This document shows, one piece after another, positions 36,298 through 49,994 of a stretch of 64,000 bases of DNA. The position numbers and the translations under genes were made by a program. How positions within the stretch are numbered: position 1 is the first letter of the stretch; every line of letters starts with the position of its first letter. The DNA is taken from positions 8,747,843 to 8,811,842 of the forward strand of contig NC_069004.1 of assembly GCF_001194135.2 (NCBI RefSeq), written 5' to 3'. The stretch is from Octopus bimaculoides. Lineage: Eukaryota. The notes under the pieces are model-generated. The model was not told the origin of the DNA, did not search any database, and worked only from the letters and a program-made list of their open reading frames with translations.

Positions 36298-37079
36298 ATA
36301 TAGGATAAATTCTATATATGAATTTATCAAGCAGTCAGCGTGAAAAAACCTCATAATGAAAAAATAACGAAAAATTTCGTAATGAAAAAATTCATCGTTT
36401 CTTCATAGATATATTTAATTATATATAAAGGGCATTAACTGTGTATTAATGCCTCACGCTATCGAGGGACTAAATAAGTAAAAAAATTACCAAAAATAAG
36501 CAACATATTTACATATATATATATATGTAAAGGTAAGAATTAAGCATCCAAGTGTAGGAAGTTTGTAAGCTTCAAGCAATCTGTGACAGGTATTGAAAAC
36601 AAAAACAAGAAGAGGACAGTGTACTATCAGGAACAATAACAATTTATTGACAAGGAACTTCGATAAGCTGAAAGTTTCTGTATAGCTCATAGTTAGCAAC
36701 TCGAGTTTGTTACAAATGCAACTTAAAAATCCAAACTGGGCGAGTGGAATGGGTAAAATGCAGGCTACATATGTTTCTTAGCTAGCTGATCCTCTGATGT
36801 AATAATTACTCAAATTAGCTAACCATCATTCTGAGATAAATGAAGGTCATATTGTCGTTTGAAGTTTCCAAGTTAACTCACCGCAGATGTGAGTTGAAAT
36901 GAATAGCGAAGCCGGAAGAAAGAATAAAAAAAACTCAAATTTTTAAAGAAATAACACGGTCAAGAAGTAAGAACGGGAAGGGGGAGGAGGTCAAATGTGT
37001 GGGAGTGGGAGTCGTATAGAGTTGGTATGAATGAAGAAAAGGAGAGGAGGAAGAAAAATCTCATATCTATGAATACAGT

Positions 37080-37465
37080 GGAGGCCCAATGGCCCAGTGG
37101 TTAGGGCAGCGGACTCGCGGTCGTAGGATCATGGTTTCGATTCCCAGACCGGGCATCGTGAGTGTTTATTGAGCGAAAACACTTAAAGTTCCACGAGGCT
37201 CCGGCAGGGGTGTTGGTGGCGAACCCTGCTGTACTCTTTCACCACAATTTTCTCTCACTCTTTCTTCCTGTTATTGTTGTACTTGTATTTCAAAGGGCCA
37301 GCCTTGTCACACTCTGTGTCACGCTGAACCTTCCCGAGAACTACGTTAAGGGTACACGTGTCTGTGAAGTGCTCAGCCACTTGCACGTTAATTTCACGAG
37401 CAGGCTGTTCCGTTGATCGTATCAACTGGAACCCTCGTCGTCGTAACCGACGCAGTGCCAAAAAA
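37080..37465 (+). mobile_element. SINE family C, full length (tRNA-Arg-like head; possibly an octopus OR family)
   Basis: GGAGGCCCAATGGCCCAGTGGTTAGGGCAGCGGACTCGCGG...GGTTTCGATTCCC (A and B boxes), body shared with 38915, 3' end GTAACCGACGCAGTGCCAAAAAA. Confidence 0.9.
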
Positions 37466-38914
37466 GTATCAATACAATATTATTTCGGACGTATATCTTT
37501 TGTGATGATTTTTTTGATGTAATTTTCCTACCCTTATTTTAAAATATAATATAATATAATATAATATACACATCCCTGCACATGCTTGGTAGCAAGTAAT
37601 AAATAGCAGAAACTGAAGACTTCAATATTGGCCGTTTCGAAATCGGACAGTTTTGGGTGCGAATTCTAGGTGTGGATGCGACTCCCCTTTTCTTTTTATT
37701 TTTTTAGGTGGGGTGCAATTATTTTGTATGGGAGTACAATAATTTTTTTTCTTTGGTGAGGGAGGGGATTGAATTTAGGGTAAATTTCTGCATATTTTCT
37801 TCTTTTGCATCTTTGTGAGGCGTGGTGTTGTTGTTGGTATTAGTGGTGATGATGATGGTGGTGGTGGTGGTGGGTGTTAGGTTGAGTGGCGAATGGTGTT
37901 GGTGGTGGTTGTGCTGGTGGAGTGGTGAGGGTGGTGGTGCTAGGTGGAGGCAGGGGACGGATATGGACGCATTTCAGTTTGCTTTGGAACATTATATGTC
38001 TTTTAATTCATATTTTGGAATGTAGCAGAATATCAGAAAGGATATGACAGAGAAAAATAAAATAAAATGAAATAATAAAATAAATGAACGACAAATAATA
38101 AATCAGACACATACCTACAACAAAACAAACAACAACAACTCTATGATGAAGGATATAAAAGAAACACAAGAGAAAAAAATTATTAAAAAGACATAAAGGA
38201 ATATCATTAGATGCCCCTCCCCTCTCACACCTCTACACTTGGTCCTCCTCTCCCTCTGCCTCCTACTCCATCCACCCGTCAGAAAAGATGTAAGTATAAT
38301 AGTGTGGTCGGGAGGTGGGAACTGACGTGAAGATTTCGGGGGCTTTAGAGAAATAGTCACACACTCTCATACACATGGGCACACAAACACACACACACGC
38401 ATACACACACACGTAGACATACGCATACCGGCACATACATAGACTTAGACACATACACACATACATAAACAAGTACACATGCACGCACATACACGTGAGT
38501 ACACACGCAACACACATATATACACATGCGCATAAACATACTCACATACACACACAGGCACACAGAGATTTTTTTTTTTTTTTAAATTCCTCCCCCGCCC
38601 TCCCCCTCAAAATGGTCGTGAAGGAATTTGTGCGTCTAAGACATCTGGTATTAATGATATTCCAAGAATACGTCTATGATCACCATGAAGTAATGTCTGT
38701 AGGGAACTTTTGTTACCAGGACAACTGTCTACAGGGAACAGGAAAGAAGGAAGGGGGGTAGAAAGAGAGAGAGAGGGAGAAAGACAGAGAAAGAGAGGGA
38801 GAAAGATAGAGAAGGAAAGAGAGGGAGGACTGGAACACATGGAGAGGTAGAGAGGTAAAAATATAGACAAATAGAAGAAGAGATAGATAGGCAGGCATGT
38901 ATGTATGTATGTGT

Positions 38915-39178
38915 GGAGGCGCAATGGCTCAGTGGTTAGGGCAGCGGCCTCGCGGTCATAGGATCGCGGTTTCGATTCCCAGACCGGGCGTTGTGAGTGT
39001 TTATTGAGCGAAAAACCTAAAGCTCCACGAGGCTCCAGCAGGGGATGATGGCGAACCCTGCTGTACCCTTCCACCACAACTTTCTCTCACTCTTTCTTCC
39101 TGTTTCTGTTGTGCCTGTAACTCAAAGGGTCAGCCTTGTCACACTGTGTCACGCTGAATATCCCCGAGAACTACGTTA
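38915..39178 (+). mobile_element. SINE family C, truncated by gap
   Basis: Colinear with 37080-37340 up to GAGAACTACGTTA, then Ns. Confidence 0.9.
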
Positions 39179-39565
39179 NNNNNNNNNNNNNNNNNNNNNN
39201 NNNNNNNNNNNNNNNNNNNNNNNNNNNNNNNNNNNNNNNNNNNNNNNNNNNNNNNNNNNNNNNNNNNNNNNNNNNNNNNNNNNNNNNNNNNNNNNNNNNN
39301 NNNNNNNNNNNNNNNNNNNNNNNNNNNNNNNNNNNNNNNNNNNNNNNNNNNNNNNNNNNNNNNNNNNNNNNNNNNNNNNNNNNNNNNNNNNNNNNNNNNN
39401 NNNNNNNNNNNNNNNNNNNNNNNNNNNNNNNNNNNNNNNNNNNNNNNNNNNNNNNNNNNNNNNNNNNNNNNNNNNNNNNNNNNNNNNNNNNNNNNNNNNN
39501 NNNNNNNNNNNNNNNNNNNNNNNNNNNNNNNNNNNNNNNNNNNNNNNNNNNNNNNNNNNNNNNNN

Positions 39566-39967
39566 NCTTTTATTCTTTTATTTGTTTCAGTCATTTGACT
39601 GCGGCCATGCTGGAGCACCGCCTTTAGTCGAGCAAATCGACCCCGGGACTTATTCTTTGTAAGCCTAGTACTTATTCTATCGGTATCTTTTGCCGAACCG
39701 CTAAGTTACGGGGACATAAACACACCAGCATCGGTTGTCAAGCAATGCTAGGGGGACAAACACAGACACACAAACACACACACATACATATATATATATA
39801 CATATATACGACGAGCTTCTTTCAGTTTCCGTCTACCAAATCCACTCACAAGGCTTTGGTCGGCCCGAGGCTATAGTAGAAGACACTTGCCCAAGGTGCC
39901 ACGCAGTGGGACTGAACCCGGAACCATGTGGTTGGTAAGCAAGCTACTTACCACACAGCCACTCCTG
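39566..39967 (-). mobile_element. Full CORE-type SINE (B+D), near consensus
   Basis: TTGTTTCAGTCATTTGACTGCGGCCATGCTGGAGCACCGCC...GCCGAACCGCTAAG...GGTTGTCAAGC, microsatellite, then complete B head to CAGCCACTCCTG. Confidence 0.92.
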
Positions 39968-40269
39968 GTGTATATGTATAAAGCATCTATGAATTTGTAT
40001 GTATGTATATATATATATAAGTATGTATATGTGTGTGTGTGTGAATGTTTGTGTGTGTGTGTGTGTGTGTGTGTGGAGAGAGAGTGGAGGGAAAGAGTCA
40101 GGGAGACAGACAAACAGACAGGGCATGATATAGAACATAGGGAAATGTGTGAGGGAAAGGGAGGTAAGTCTATTTTCCTGTTGGAGAAGCAGGACGTAAG
40201 ATGTGTGACTTCCGACTTCCTAAGAAAACGCAATAGTAGTTAGCAGTTGTAGTATCAGCAGCAGCAGTT

Positions 40270-40302
<33 letters not shown>

Positions 40303-40552
40303 CGTTTTAAAATAAGCATCCGAGGTCTCCCTATGGCATGTAAGATCATTGATCTACCACTAGGATGGTGGTACTCTCCAAGCTGCAGGCCTAAGGCTTT
40401 ATACATGTACACATAATACACGTACGTATNNNNNNNNNNNNNNNNNNNNNNNNNNNNNNNNNNNNNNNNNNNNNNNNNNNNNNNNNNNNNNNNNNNNNNN
40501 NNNNNNNNNNNNNNNNNNNNNNNNNNNNNATATATATATATACATATACCCG

Positions 40553-40612
40553 GAGATGTAGTTGTAGTAGAAGACACTTGCTCAAGGTGGGGCGCAGTGA
40601 GACTGAACCCAA
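40553..40612 (-). mobile_element. CORE-type SINE B fragment
   Basis: GTAGTAGAAGACACTTGCTCAAGGTG.GGCGCAGTGAGACTGAACCC. Confidence 0.7.
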
Positions 40613-41999
40613 ACCCAAGAGCTTCATAACAACACACCCAAGTAACATAATAAAAGAATACATGATTTATGATCTGGACAAATAGAAATAATGAGAATAA
40701 TAGTATTAACATATGTTGAAGGGATCTGAGTGATATTGTAACTGAGACATGGAGGATGGGTTACAGAAAACTAACATCCTCTATTATTGAAGGAAGAATC
40801 TTTGGCTGAGGATGGGTTAAACCGTTGTAGAGTTCCGCATATACATCTACAGGTCTCGACACAAGGATAGACGGAGCACTTAAATGTATACGAAGAATGC
40901 AGTTAGTGCATAAAGGACACAACGTAAGCACCAACTATACAAACTCACACACAAAATGGGAAGGGTTTAAGCCACTGATAATCTCAACTAATAGGTACGC
41001 TGTGTGAGGGCTGTACTTGGTAAACCACTAGGAACCAAGTTCACAGCTGGAACTGAGGATCTGTTTTTTCTTATTACCCATGCGGGCTAAACATAGAGGT
41101 GACAAAACAAAACATGTGGGACATAAAACATATATAAAAAATAGAAATGAATGTTATAATGTATGAAGACATGAATAGGCGAAAATGGAAATGGAACCAC
41201 TCGCTCCACTTACGAGTTGCCTCATTTTCTACTTTTTAAATCCTGAACCTTCCAACACATCGATACCTGTTTCCTCCAACCATTTATCGTAAGTTGTAAA
41301 GCCTGGGAATAAGCCCCAGCTGCAGTCCACGTCCCAAAAACAAAATCCAACCATATACTATTGTATTTGTTCCTCCTGCTTCTAATCTGGTATTACACAC
41401 ACATGATGTTCCTCCACGTTATCAAACCCCGCAGTTCCAATACACTTTATGTCCCATTCCGCCATATCCCTTAACAGTTTGTCGCTAAGCAACGTATATA
41501 TCCTACACTTTTTCCTTCTTTTTTTTTTTGATTTAGGGGAGGGGTTTGGGGTTTCTTTGTATGTGTTTGCCTCTTGTTTTTGTGTCGGATGGGAATGGAT
41601 AGGCCTAGTGCCTGCAGGGAATGGGTGGGTCTGAGAGGGTATGGATGGGATGGGGTTTACAGTTAATTTACGTATAAGGGGCTGGAGTTGGGGATCCGTA
41701 GCTTACTTCCGAGTCAATGGGTATAATTTAAAGGAAGAGGGAAACAAAGCGAAAGCAGGACAAGCTTATCAAATAATTTAAATGATTTTAATTATCATAA
41801 TTGTGAATCGAAGCACGCAAAAGTAAAAATAAATAATAACGGCTTACAGCTGTTTCAGGGACATCTCAGGAAATGGATCAATGTGTTGATCCACATTTCC
41901 ATATACTGGGTATTCCGTCATCGGAGACAAGGTGTATATGCAAGAAACTTCTAGATAGAAAATTTAATGTAGAGAAAAGAATGAATTGCAGGGTTCATA

Positions 42000-42470
42000 G
42001 TTTATTCTGTTCCGGAGGGTATGGAAGAACTCATTTTCTACAAAATGCTTGAAGACAACTGCATGCTCTATGCAGAGCTTTACGTTCAGCAAATACACCG
42101 CTCAACGAGATAATCCAGCAGAAACGACCAGACGAGCGACACGGCAATGCTCGTACGCACGTCGTTAATTTGACCAAAAATATTATTCAAGAGCTTAGTT
42201 GAGAAGTTCTATGCACTCACCGTATTCTCCCGATGTAGCACCTCCAGAATATTACCCTTTTCTTGTAGGTCGTTCTCCAGTAACCAGCCGGACATTTCAT
42301 TTAACAACGACGTAGAACTGGAAACGCGACTCATTGAATTCTTCGAGTCAAGACCAAGTAATTACGACTGTCAAAGTATTAGACTACACAGATTTTTCCA
42401 GATTATTGATAAGCTAGTGGAACGTTGGCAAGAAATCGTGAACAACGGTGAAGAGTGTATTACAGATTGA
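42000..42470 (+). pseudogene. Mariner (Mos1-like DD34D) transposase fossil, C-terminal part
   Basis: With frameshifts reads ...ELYVQQIH..NEIIQQKRPD..(H)GNARTHVVNLTKNIIQELS*EVL.HSPYSPDVAPPEYY...IDKLVERWQEIVNNGEECITD*, containing the HDNARPH-like and YSPDLAP motifs. Confidence 0.85.
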
Positions 42471-42559
42471 TTTGTTAAAAATAGTGATGGAAAATAATGG
42501 AATAATGACTAAATTAAATGGAAAAAAAAACACCACACACACACACGCACACACATATA

Positions 42560-42928
42560 TTCTTTTATTCTTTTTCTTGTTTCAGCCATTTGACTGCGGC
42601 CATGCTGGAGCACCGCCTTTAGAGGAAGAAATCGAACCCAGGACTTATTCTTTGTAAGCCTGGTGCTTATTCTATCGGCGTCTTTTTTGCCGAACCGCTA
42701 AGTTACGAGTCGTAAACACCCCAACATCAGTTGTCAAGTGATGGTGGGAGGACAAACACAGGCACACAAACATATACCTATATATGCATATGTACGATGG
42801 GCTTCTTTTAGTTTCCGTCAACCGAATCCACTCACAAGGCTCTGGTCGGCAGGCAGAAGACACTTGCGGAAGGTGCCACGCAGTGGGACTGAACCTAGAA
42901 CCATGTGGTTGGGAAGCAAGCTTCTTAC

Positions 42929-42930
<2 letters not shown>
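42560..42930 (-). mobile_element. Full CORE-type SINE (B+D)
   Basis: Colinear with 39566-39967, with a small internal deletion. Confidence 0.9.
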
Positions 42931-42959
<29 letters not shown>

Positions 42960-43564
42960 TGTCACACGCACACACACACACNNNNNNNNNNNNNNNNNNN
43001 NNNNNNNNNNNNNNNNNNNNNNNNNNNNNNNNNNNNNNNNNNNNNNNNNNNNNNNNNNNNNNNNNNNNNNNNNNNNNNNNNNNNNNNNNNNNNNNNNNNN
43101 NNNNNNNNNNNNNNNNNNNNNNNNNNNNNNNNNNNNNNNNNNNNNNNNNNNNNNNNNNNNNNNNNNNNNNNNNNNNNNNNNNNNNNNNNNNNNNNNNNNN
43201 NNNNNNNNNNNNNNNNNNNNNNNNNNNNNNNNNNNNNNNNNNNNNNNNNNNNNNNNNNNNNNNNNNNNNNNNNNNNNNNNNNNNNNNNNNNNNNNNNNNN
43301 NNNNNNNNNNNNNNNNNNNNNNNNNNNNNNNNNNNNNNNNNNNNNNNNNNNNNNNNNNNNNNNNNNNNNNNNNNNNNNNNNNNNNNNNNNNNNNNNNNNN
43401 NNNNNNNNNNNNNNNNNNNNNNNNNNNNNNNNNNNNNNNNNNNNNNNNNNNNNNNNNNNNNNNNNNNNNNNNNNNNNNNNNNNNNNNNNNNNNNNNNNNN
43501 NNNNNNNNNNNNNNNNNNNNNNNNNNNNNNNNNNNNNNNNNNNNNNNNNNNNNNNNNNNNNNNN

Positions 43565-43610
<46 letters not shown>

Positions 43611-43943
43611 CTCCTTGTATACTAGTGTGTGCGTCTATAATTGCAAGCATTGCCGAATGTTTAAGAAATTGTCATTGTTTTTCCTAGCAGGTGGTTCTGC
43701 ATCGATTGCCCAGCGGTGCAACTTGGTGTCTTGTACTTTAGATCCGGGTCGACATGTAGGCGCAGTGCAGTGGGAGTGAATCGGAATCACGAGATTGAAA
43801 AGCCATACTGGCTATCAATTAAACACACACGCACACGCTCACGCACACACACATAGACTCTCTCCCTCTTTCTTGCACACACACACTGTTTTTTATGGAT
43901 ACATATATACATATATAAGAATATATATATGTATATCTATCTA

Positions 43944-43978
<35 letters not shown>

Positions 43979-44369
43979 TCACACACACATACATGTGTGT
44001 GTGTNNNNNNNNNNNNNNNNNNNNNNNNNNNNNNNNNNNNNNNNNNNNNNNNNNNNNNNNNNNNNNNNNNNNNNNNNNNNNNNNNNNNNNNNNNNNNNNN
44101 NNNNNNNNNNNNNNNNNNNNNNNNNNNNNNNNNNNNNNNNNNNNNNNNNNNNNNNNNNNNNNNNNNNNNNNNNNNNNNNNNNNNNNNNNNNNNNNNNNNN
44201 NNNNNNNNNNNNNNNNNNNNNNNNNNNNNNNNNNNNNNNNNNNNNNNNNNNNNNNNNNNNNNNNNNNNNNNNNNNNNNNNNNNNNNNNNNNNNNNNNNNN
44301 NNNNNNNNNNNNNNNNNNNNNNNNNNNNNNNNNNNNNNNNNNNNNNNNNNNNNNNNNNNNNNNNNNNNN

Positions 44370-44468
<99 letters not shown>

Positions 44469-45590
44469 TGTATAAATACATAGATAATAAATACATTCAT
44501 GCACATACACACACACAAACACATACATATATTGTTTATGATTTTGAGTTTGAAAGAATGTCAAATGTTTTGGAGTTGTTATATGTTATAGTTATTAAAT
44601 TCGAATCTGTATGTAGCCATTACTTAATGTTTGGCGCCTTCGTAAACAATATCAAACAGTGTCATATTTCTGTATTTTCTTTAGTGTAAAGAGTTTAGTG
44701 ATGAAGTTCTGAACTATGAGTGAAATGCTTCTGTAGATCAGCCTGGTTTTTTTTTTTTCGCTCGTATAATTTTTCAGGTGGTATTTGTTCTTAGTGAGGT
44801 ACACTGACATAGGCTCTGACCTTTTTTGCTTTTGTTTTCCTTTTGTAAAATTAACGAAAGCAATATATGACTACACACACGTACGCTCGCTCGCGAACGC
44901 GCAGACACACACATACACTCACACGCACGCACACACACATATACATACACACATACATACACACGCACGCACACACACACATCTGCATGTCCTCTTGTGC
45001 ATCTGTGTTTGTCTACGATGCACATGTTTATATATACATATGGGTATATCTATCTATCTATCTATCTATCATATATATATGTATGTATGTGTATATACAC
45101 ATATAGACACGCAAACATATAATCGCGCGCGCAATCACACACACACAGACATGCACACACACACGCAAGTATATTCTTGTTTATTATTTCATTCAGAAGT
45201 TGTGTTTCTCTTCACTAAATACTCATATATGTATATATGCATATATTATATTTTTATATATTGTCTAGCGTATGCATATTATTTTAGAAATATATGCATT
45301 TTATAAACGTATTATTAAAAAAAAATTATATACCTTATTTTAAAATGCATTATTTATTCAGTTAACATCTAATATTTAAAAAGAAATATATTTCCAGTAA
45401 CATATTTTTATATTTTTGAATTCTATAAATGTCTTTTACAATGTCTATTTGGGAAACGGCAAAAATTAGAACCCCCCCACCAAAAAAAAACAAAAACAGG
45501 ATAAATAAAATTAAATAAAACAGAAGAAAAAAAGGAACCCAACTAAAAATTGAATAAGCCACAACAACAACAACTACAGCAATAATAATA

Positions 45591-45622
<32 letters not shown>

Positions 45623-46792
45623 TACGAAAAGAATAATAGCATGGCGGTATTTTTAGATAAGCACCATACTTAAACAATACAAATTGGAACAGTAGTGAGT
45701 GAGACTATCGAGGTGATGATGGTGGCGGCGGTGGTGACGGTGGTGGTGGGTGGTGGTGGGAGTTTGATAAATTGAGCAATGGGAAAAACAGGCGCCCCAT
45801 CTTGTTGTTTTAGCTTAATGACCAATTGTTTATTCACAGAAGATAAAGGGTTTCGCATTCAATTATTCTGAAGAATTCTGGAATTTGTCTGCGAGTCTGT
45901 TGGTCGGTAATCAGACACTATAAACAAAAAGACAGANNNNNNNNNNNNNNNNNNNNNNNNNNNNNNNNNNNNNNNNNNNNNNNNNNNNNNNNNNNNNNNN
46001 NNNNNNNNNNNNNNNNNNNNNNNNNNNNNNNNNNNNNNNNNNNNNNNNNNNNNNNNNNNNNNNNNNNNNNNNNNNNNNNNNNNNNNNNNNNNNNNNNNNN
46101 NNNNNNNTATATATATATATATATATATACATACATATATATATATATACATACATATAAATACACACACACATATATAGATAGATAGATAGAGAGAGAC
46201 AGGCAGAGACAGAGACAGAGAGAAAGGGAAGCAGCAATAGTCTGATTTGAACCAGACTTCAGTGAATTATTTTATATTTTCAAGCACGATTTTCGTGGAA
46301 TGTTGAATAGTTTTAACGGCAGTAGCGGAGAAAGGAGGAAATAAACGAAGAAAAAATCAGAGAAGAAGGAGGAAGGAAAGAAAGGAGGAAGGAAAGAAAG
46401 GAGGAATAAATCGTAGAAGGAAGGAAGGAAGGAAGTCTAACGTTTTGGATTCTCGTTCTTCAACAGAGGAAAAAAATAAAATGACAAAAGAGCTGATTGT
46501 TATTGTTTAGCCCAAGGCTAGTTGCGACCCAGTAGACATATATCAAATATCATTCCACCGTCTTTTTCATTACTGGTTTATTTTTCAAGGCATAGCGTAT
46601 CTAGGAATAGAGCAGTGGTCCATATGTCCCGTAGTAGTCCATATAAGAGTTTTGGGATCAACGCAAGCAAAATAGTAAATTGGTTACCAAGAGTAGTATT
46701 TTATGGGTCCATGAAAATATTTTAGCCTTATTTTTCAGAGAGATATTAAATTTTGTAACCGCAAGCTACAGCCGTATAGGCAAAATAATTAT

Positions 46793-46830
<38 letters not shown>

Positions 46831-46997
46831 TGACCTGGACCAATCTTTGGTCGAAACATATCTAAGTTTTTTAAGGGTGCTTTTTTTGAATATATATATA
46901 TGTATATATGCATGTATGTATAAAAACACACACACACACACACATATATACATATACATACACACACACATATATATATGCACGCACATATACACAC

Positions 46998-47218
46998 ACC
47001 GGATGGGCCAAAAGTCACGCACCAATATATTTGATATTTTATTTATATTTCTTTAATACTATTATTCTTATTCATATTTTCATCATGTACAAGTGCGTGT
47101 GTACTCATCATTATTTTATTTACTGTATTCAAATTAAAAAAAAAAAAAACTGAAGCATGTCTTTGACAATTCCGGAGTGTACTGAACTTATTTCGTGCGT
47201 AACTTTTGACCCACCCTT
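46998..47218. mobile_element. Tc1/mariner-type MITE (~220 bp)
   Basis: GGATGGGCCAAAAGTCACGCAC (47001-47022) versus reverse complement of GTGCGTAACTTTTGACCCACCC (47195-47216), 19/22 match; TA at 47219. Confidence 0.75.
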
Positions 47219-47399
47219 TATATCTCTAACGGATATTACTCAGAAACGCCATCAACACGGAAAACTATAGTAAAGCAGTATTAATATACTCGATGCTAAG
47301 ACGGTAGGGGTATAATTTGAGGGAAATTTGGGTGCTATATCTAGTAAATCGATGCCTCATGTACATGAACTTCATTTGTTCGACGGAAGGTATTGCTGC

Positions 47400-47866
47400 T
47401 AAGGCGGCGAGCTGGCAGAATCGACTGGCCCCCTCCCGGGCCTAGAGTAGAAAAGAATATTAAGGCAACGAGCTGGCAGAAACGTTAGCACGCCTGGCTA
47501 TATGCTGAACGGTATTCCATCTGTCTTTACGTTCTGAGTTCAAATTCCACTGAGGTCGACTTTGCCTTTCATCCTTTCGGGGTCGATTAAATAAGTACCA
47601 GTTACGCACTGGGGTCAATATAATCGACTTAATCCGTTTGTCTGTCCTTCTTTGTCCTCTCTCTGTGTAGCCCCTTGTGGGCAATAAAGAAATAAGAAAC
47701 GTTAGCACGCCGGGCGAGATGCTTAGCGGTATTTCGTCTGCTGTTACGTTCTGAGTTCAAATTCCGCCGAGGTCGACTTTGCCTTTCATCCTTTCGGGGT
47801 CGATAAATTAAGTACTGGTTGCGTACTGGGATCGATATAATCGGGCCTTGTGCCTAGAGTAGAAAA
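47400..47866 (+). mobile_element. Head-to-tail trimer of SINE family A (deleted copy 47400-47460; 47461-47700 with tail ii; 47696-47866 with tail i)
   Basis: Repeated AAGGC(G/A)(G/A)CGAGCTGGCAGAA heads and the GAGGTCGACTTTGCCTTTCATCCTTTCGGGGTCGAT core twice. Confidence 0.9.
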
Positions 47867-48554
47867 TGAAGATGTTGCTCCTGAAGCTGTTTTGTTGATC
47901 TGAGAGTTAGGCATTCTGGTTTGTCAATAAGTAAAGCCATTGAACCGTGTCGGGAGTAAATCCGTCACGGTACGTCATGCGTTCCTCTGATCGTGCTAAA
48001 CGGTTTAACACATTCGCTTCATACTCTTCCGCCAACACGGCCGTTGATATGTACGTAAACAAACATACACATACACACACATACATTATATGCGCTCACG
48101 CATACTCATACACACAAACAGTGTTTGCACACACACACACACACACACTTACTGATACACACACATAGATTGTATACACATACACAGACACACTCATGCG
48201 CAGGCATTATATGCACAGTCACGCATACATTACATACACATGCTCATATACAAATATACGTCACATGCACACACATACGCATACTCACACACGCACACAC
48301 ATACATTACGTACGCTCATATGAGGCACTTTGCAACCACAAGGTTCAAGGTTCAGTCCCACAGCACGACACCTCGGCCAAGAATTCGACTACAGCATCCG
48401 ATTAAGCAATGTTTCGGGAATGAAATTTGGAAGACAAAATCGTATACATACATACATACATACATACATACATACATAATACATATATACATACATATAC
48501 ACATACATACATACATACATACATACAGTAACATTCACCTTTGATCGTATGCTT

Positions 48555-48990
48555 TATCTTCTACTTGTTTCATTCATTGGACTGCGACCATACTGGGGCA
48601 TTGGCTTGAAGGGCTGTGGTCCAACGAAACAACCCCAGTACTTCTGTTTTATTTTCTTAAAGTCTGGTAGCTATTCTATGGGCCTCTTTTGCCGAACGGC
48701 TAAATCAAAGGAACGTAAACAAACCAACATCGGTTGTCAAGCGGTGGGAGGGCCATACACAGACACAAAGACAGAGACACAAAGACACACACATACACAC
48801 ACATACAAACACACGCTTCCACACACAGATGGCAGGCTCTCATAGAATTTCGGTCTACTAAATTCACCCACAAGTTATTGGTCGGCTATGGTCCATAGTA
48901 GAAGAAACTTGCTCAAGACACTGTACAGTGAGACTGAACCCAAGACCACGCGTTTGGAAAGCGATCTTCTTAACCACAAGCCATGCCCGC
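48555..48990 (-). mobile_element. Older full CORE-type SINE (B+D)
   Basis: TACTTGTTTCATTCATTGGACTGCGACCATACTGGGGCA...GCCGAAC.GCTAA...GGTTGTCAAGCG...AGAAGAAACTTGCTCAAG...GAGACTGAACCC. Confidence 0.8.
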
Positions 48991-49280
48991 TCCTATATAG
49001 GGTCATACTTGCGCCTATAAATAAAAATGATAAAAATCCTGATCGTTTTCTCTCTCATTTTGTCTTTGGTGCTCCATATAGAACTTAAAACCAATCTTTT
49101 GGCATCTTTTGAAGGCATTTTGGAACATAGCAGGATGAATAATGATGTTTGAGGTTTCAGTTTGGCAAAGAGGGGTGTAGTTTAAGTACCAGATTTAATA
49201 TAAAAAAGCCCCCCCCCCAAAAAAAAAGAAAAGAAAAAGCCCAAAAACAAACAAACAAACACAAAAGAAAAAGCCCCTGA

Positions 49281-49368
49281 AGTACTGGGGTCGATTTGTT
49301 TGACTAATACCCTTCAAAGCTGTGCTCCAGCATGGCAACAGAGTAATGACTGAAACAAGTAAAAGATA
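49281..49368 (+). mobile_element. SINE D-tail fragment
   Basis: AAGTACTGGGGTCGATTTGTTTGACTAA...GTGCTCCAGCATGGC...ATGACTGAAACAAGTAAAAGA. Confidence 0.8.
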
Positions 49369-49994
49369 GTAAACCGGTCAATGACATTACTATACAGACT
49401 AACTATAACTATTATATATTATAACTGTAATTTATGTGTCAGATTACAGTTGAAGTGACATTAATATAAAAGAAAAGGAAGAAGGAAAGAAAGCGAAAAA
49501 GCAGGAAAGAAAAAAAGGAAATAAAGAACGAAAGAAGGCAAGAAAGAAAAGAGAGAAGTAAAACAGACTAACTCGAACAGTTTTTTCATTGATATATCCA
49601 TTACATTATGACATTGACTTTTACTAATCCATTGAGATTTTTGGGAGCTGTTTTGGTGTTAAGAAAACAGAATCAGCTTACGGTTATTGACAAGATTAGT
49701 CGTTAGTCATTAGTCTTTTGACACATCGTCTGATTTCTTCACTGAGGATTTTGATGTTCAGGATTCCAGAAAAACCTTCTGTTACAAAGATAGGTAGTTG
49801 GTAAGAGAACCAAAAGACCAGAATTTTCCAAGCGGTCGCCGGGTGTAACCACCTGGTAAACATACATCTGCGAGGATACATTTACACATGATGTTTCGCT
49901 TCTTTGCGTTTAAGGGGCATTGGTTAATAACCTATTCAATTCAGTTCCCAGAATAAAGTTGTCTCTTTGCATAACCCAAAACCCAAGAATGCCT

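Noticed and set aside
40720-40800. DIVTETW...IEGRIF as a CR1 endonuclease remnant; likewise PRNAWFNTVRSDL at 25710-25750 and GILNIKILSEEIRR at 49720-49780 as RTE remnants
   Set aside because: Matches are too short to support by eye; would need BLASTX.
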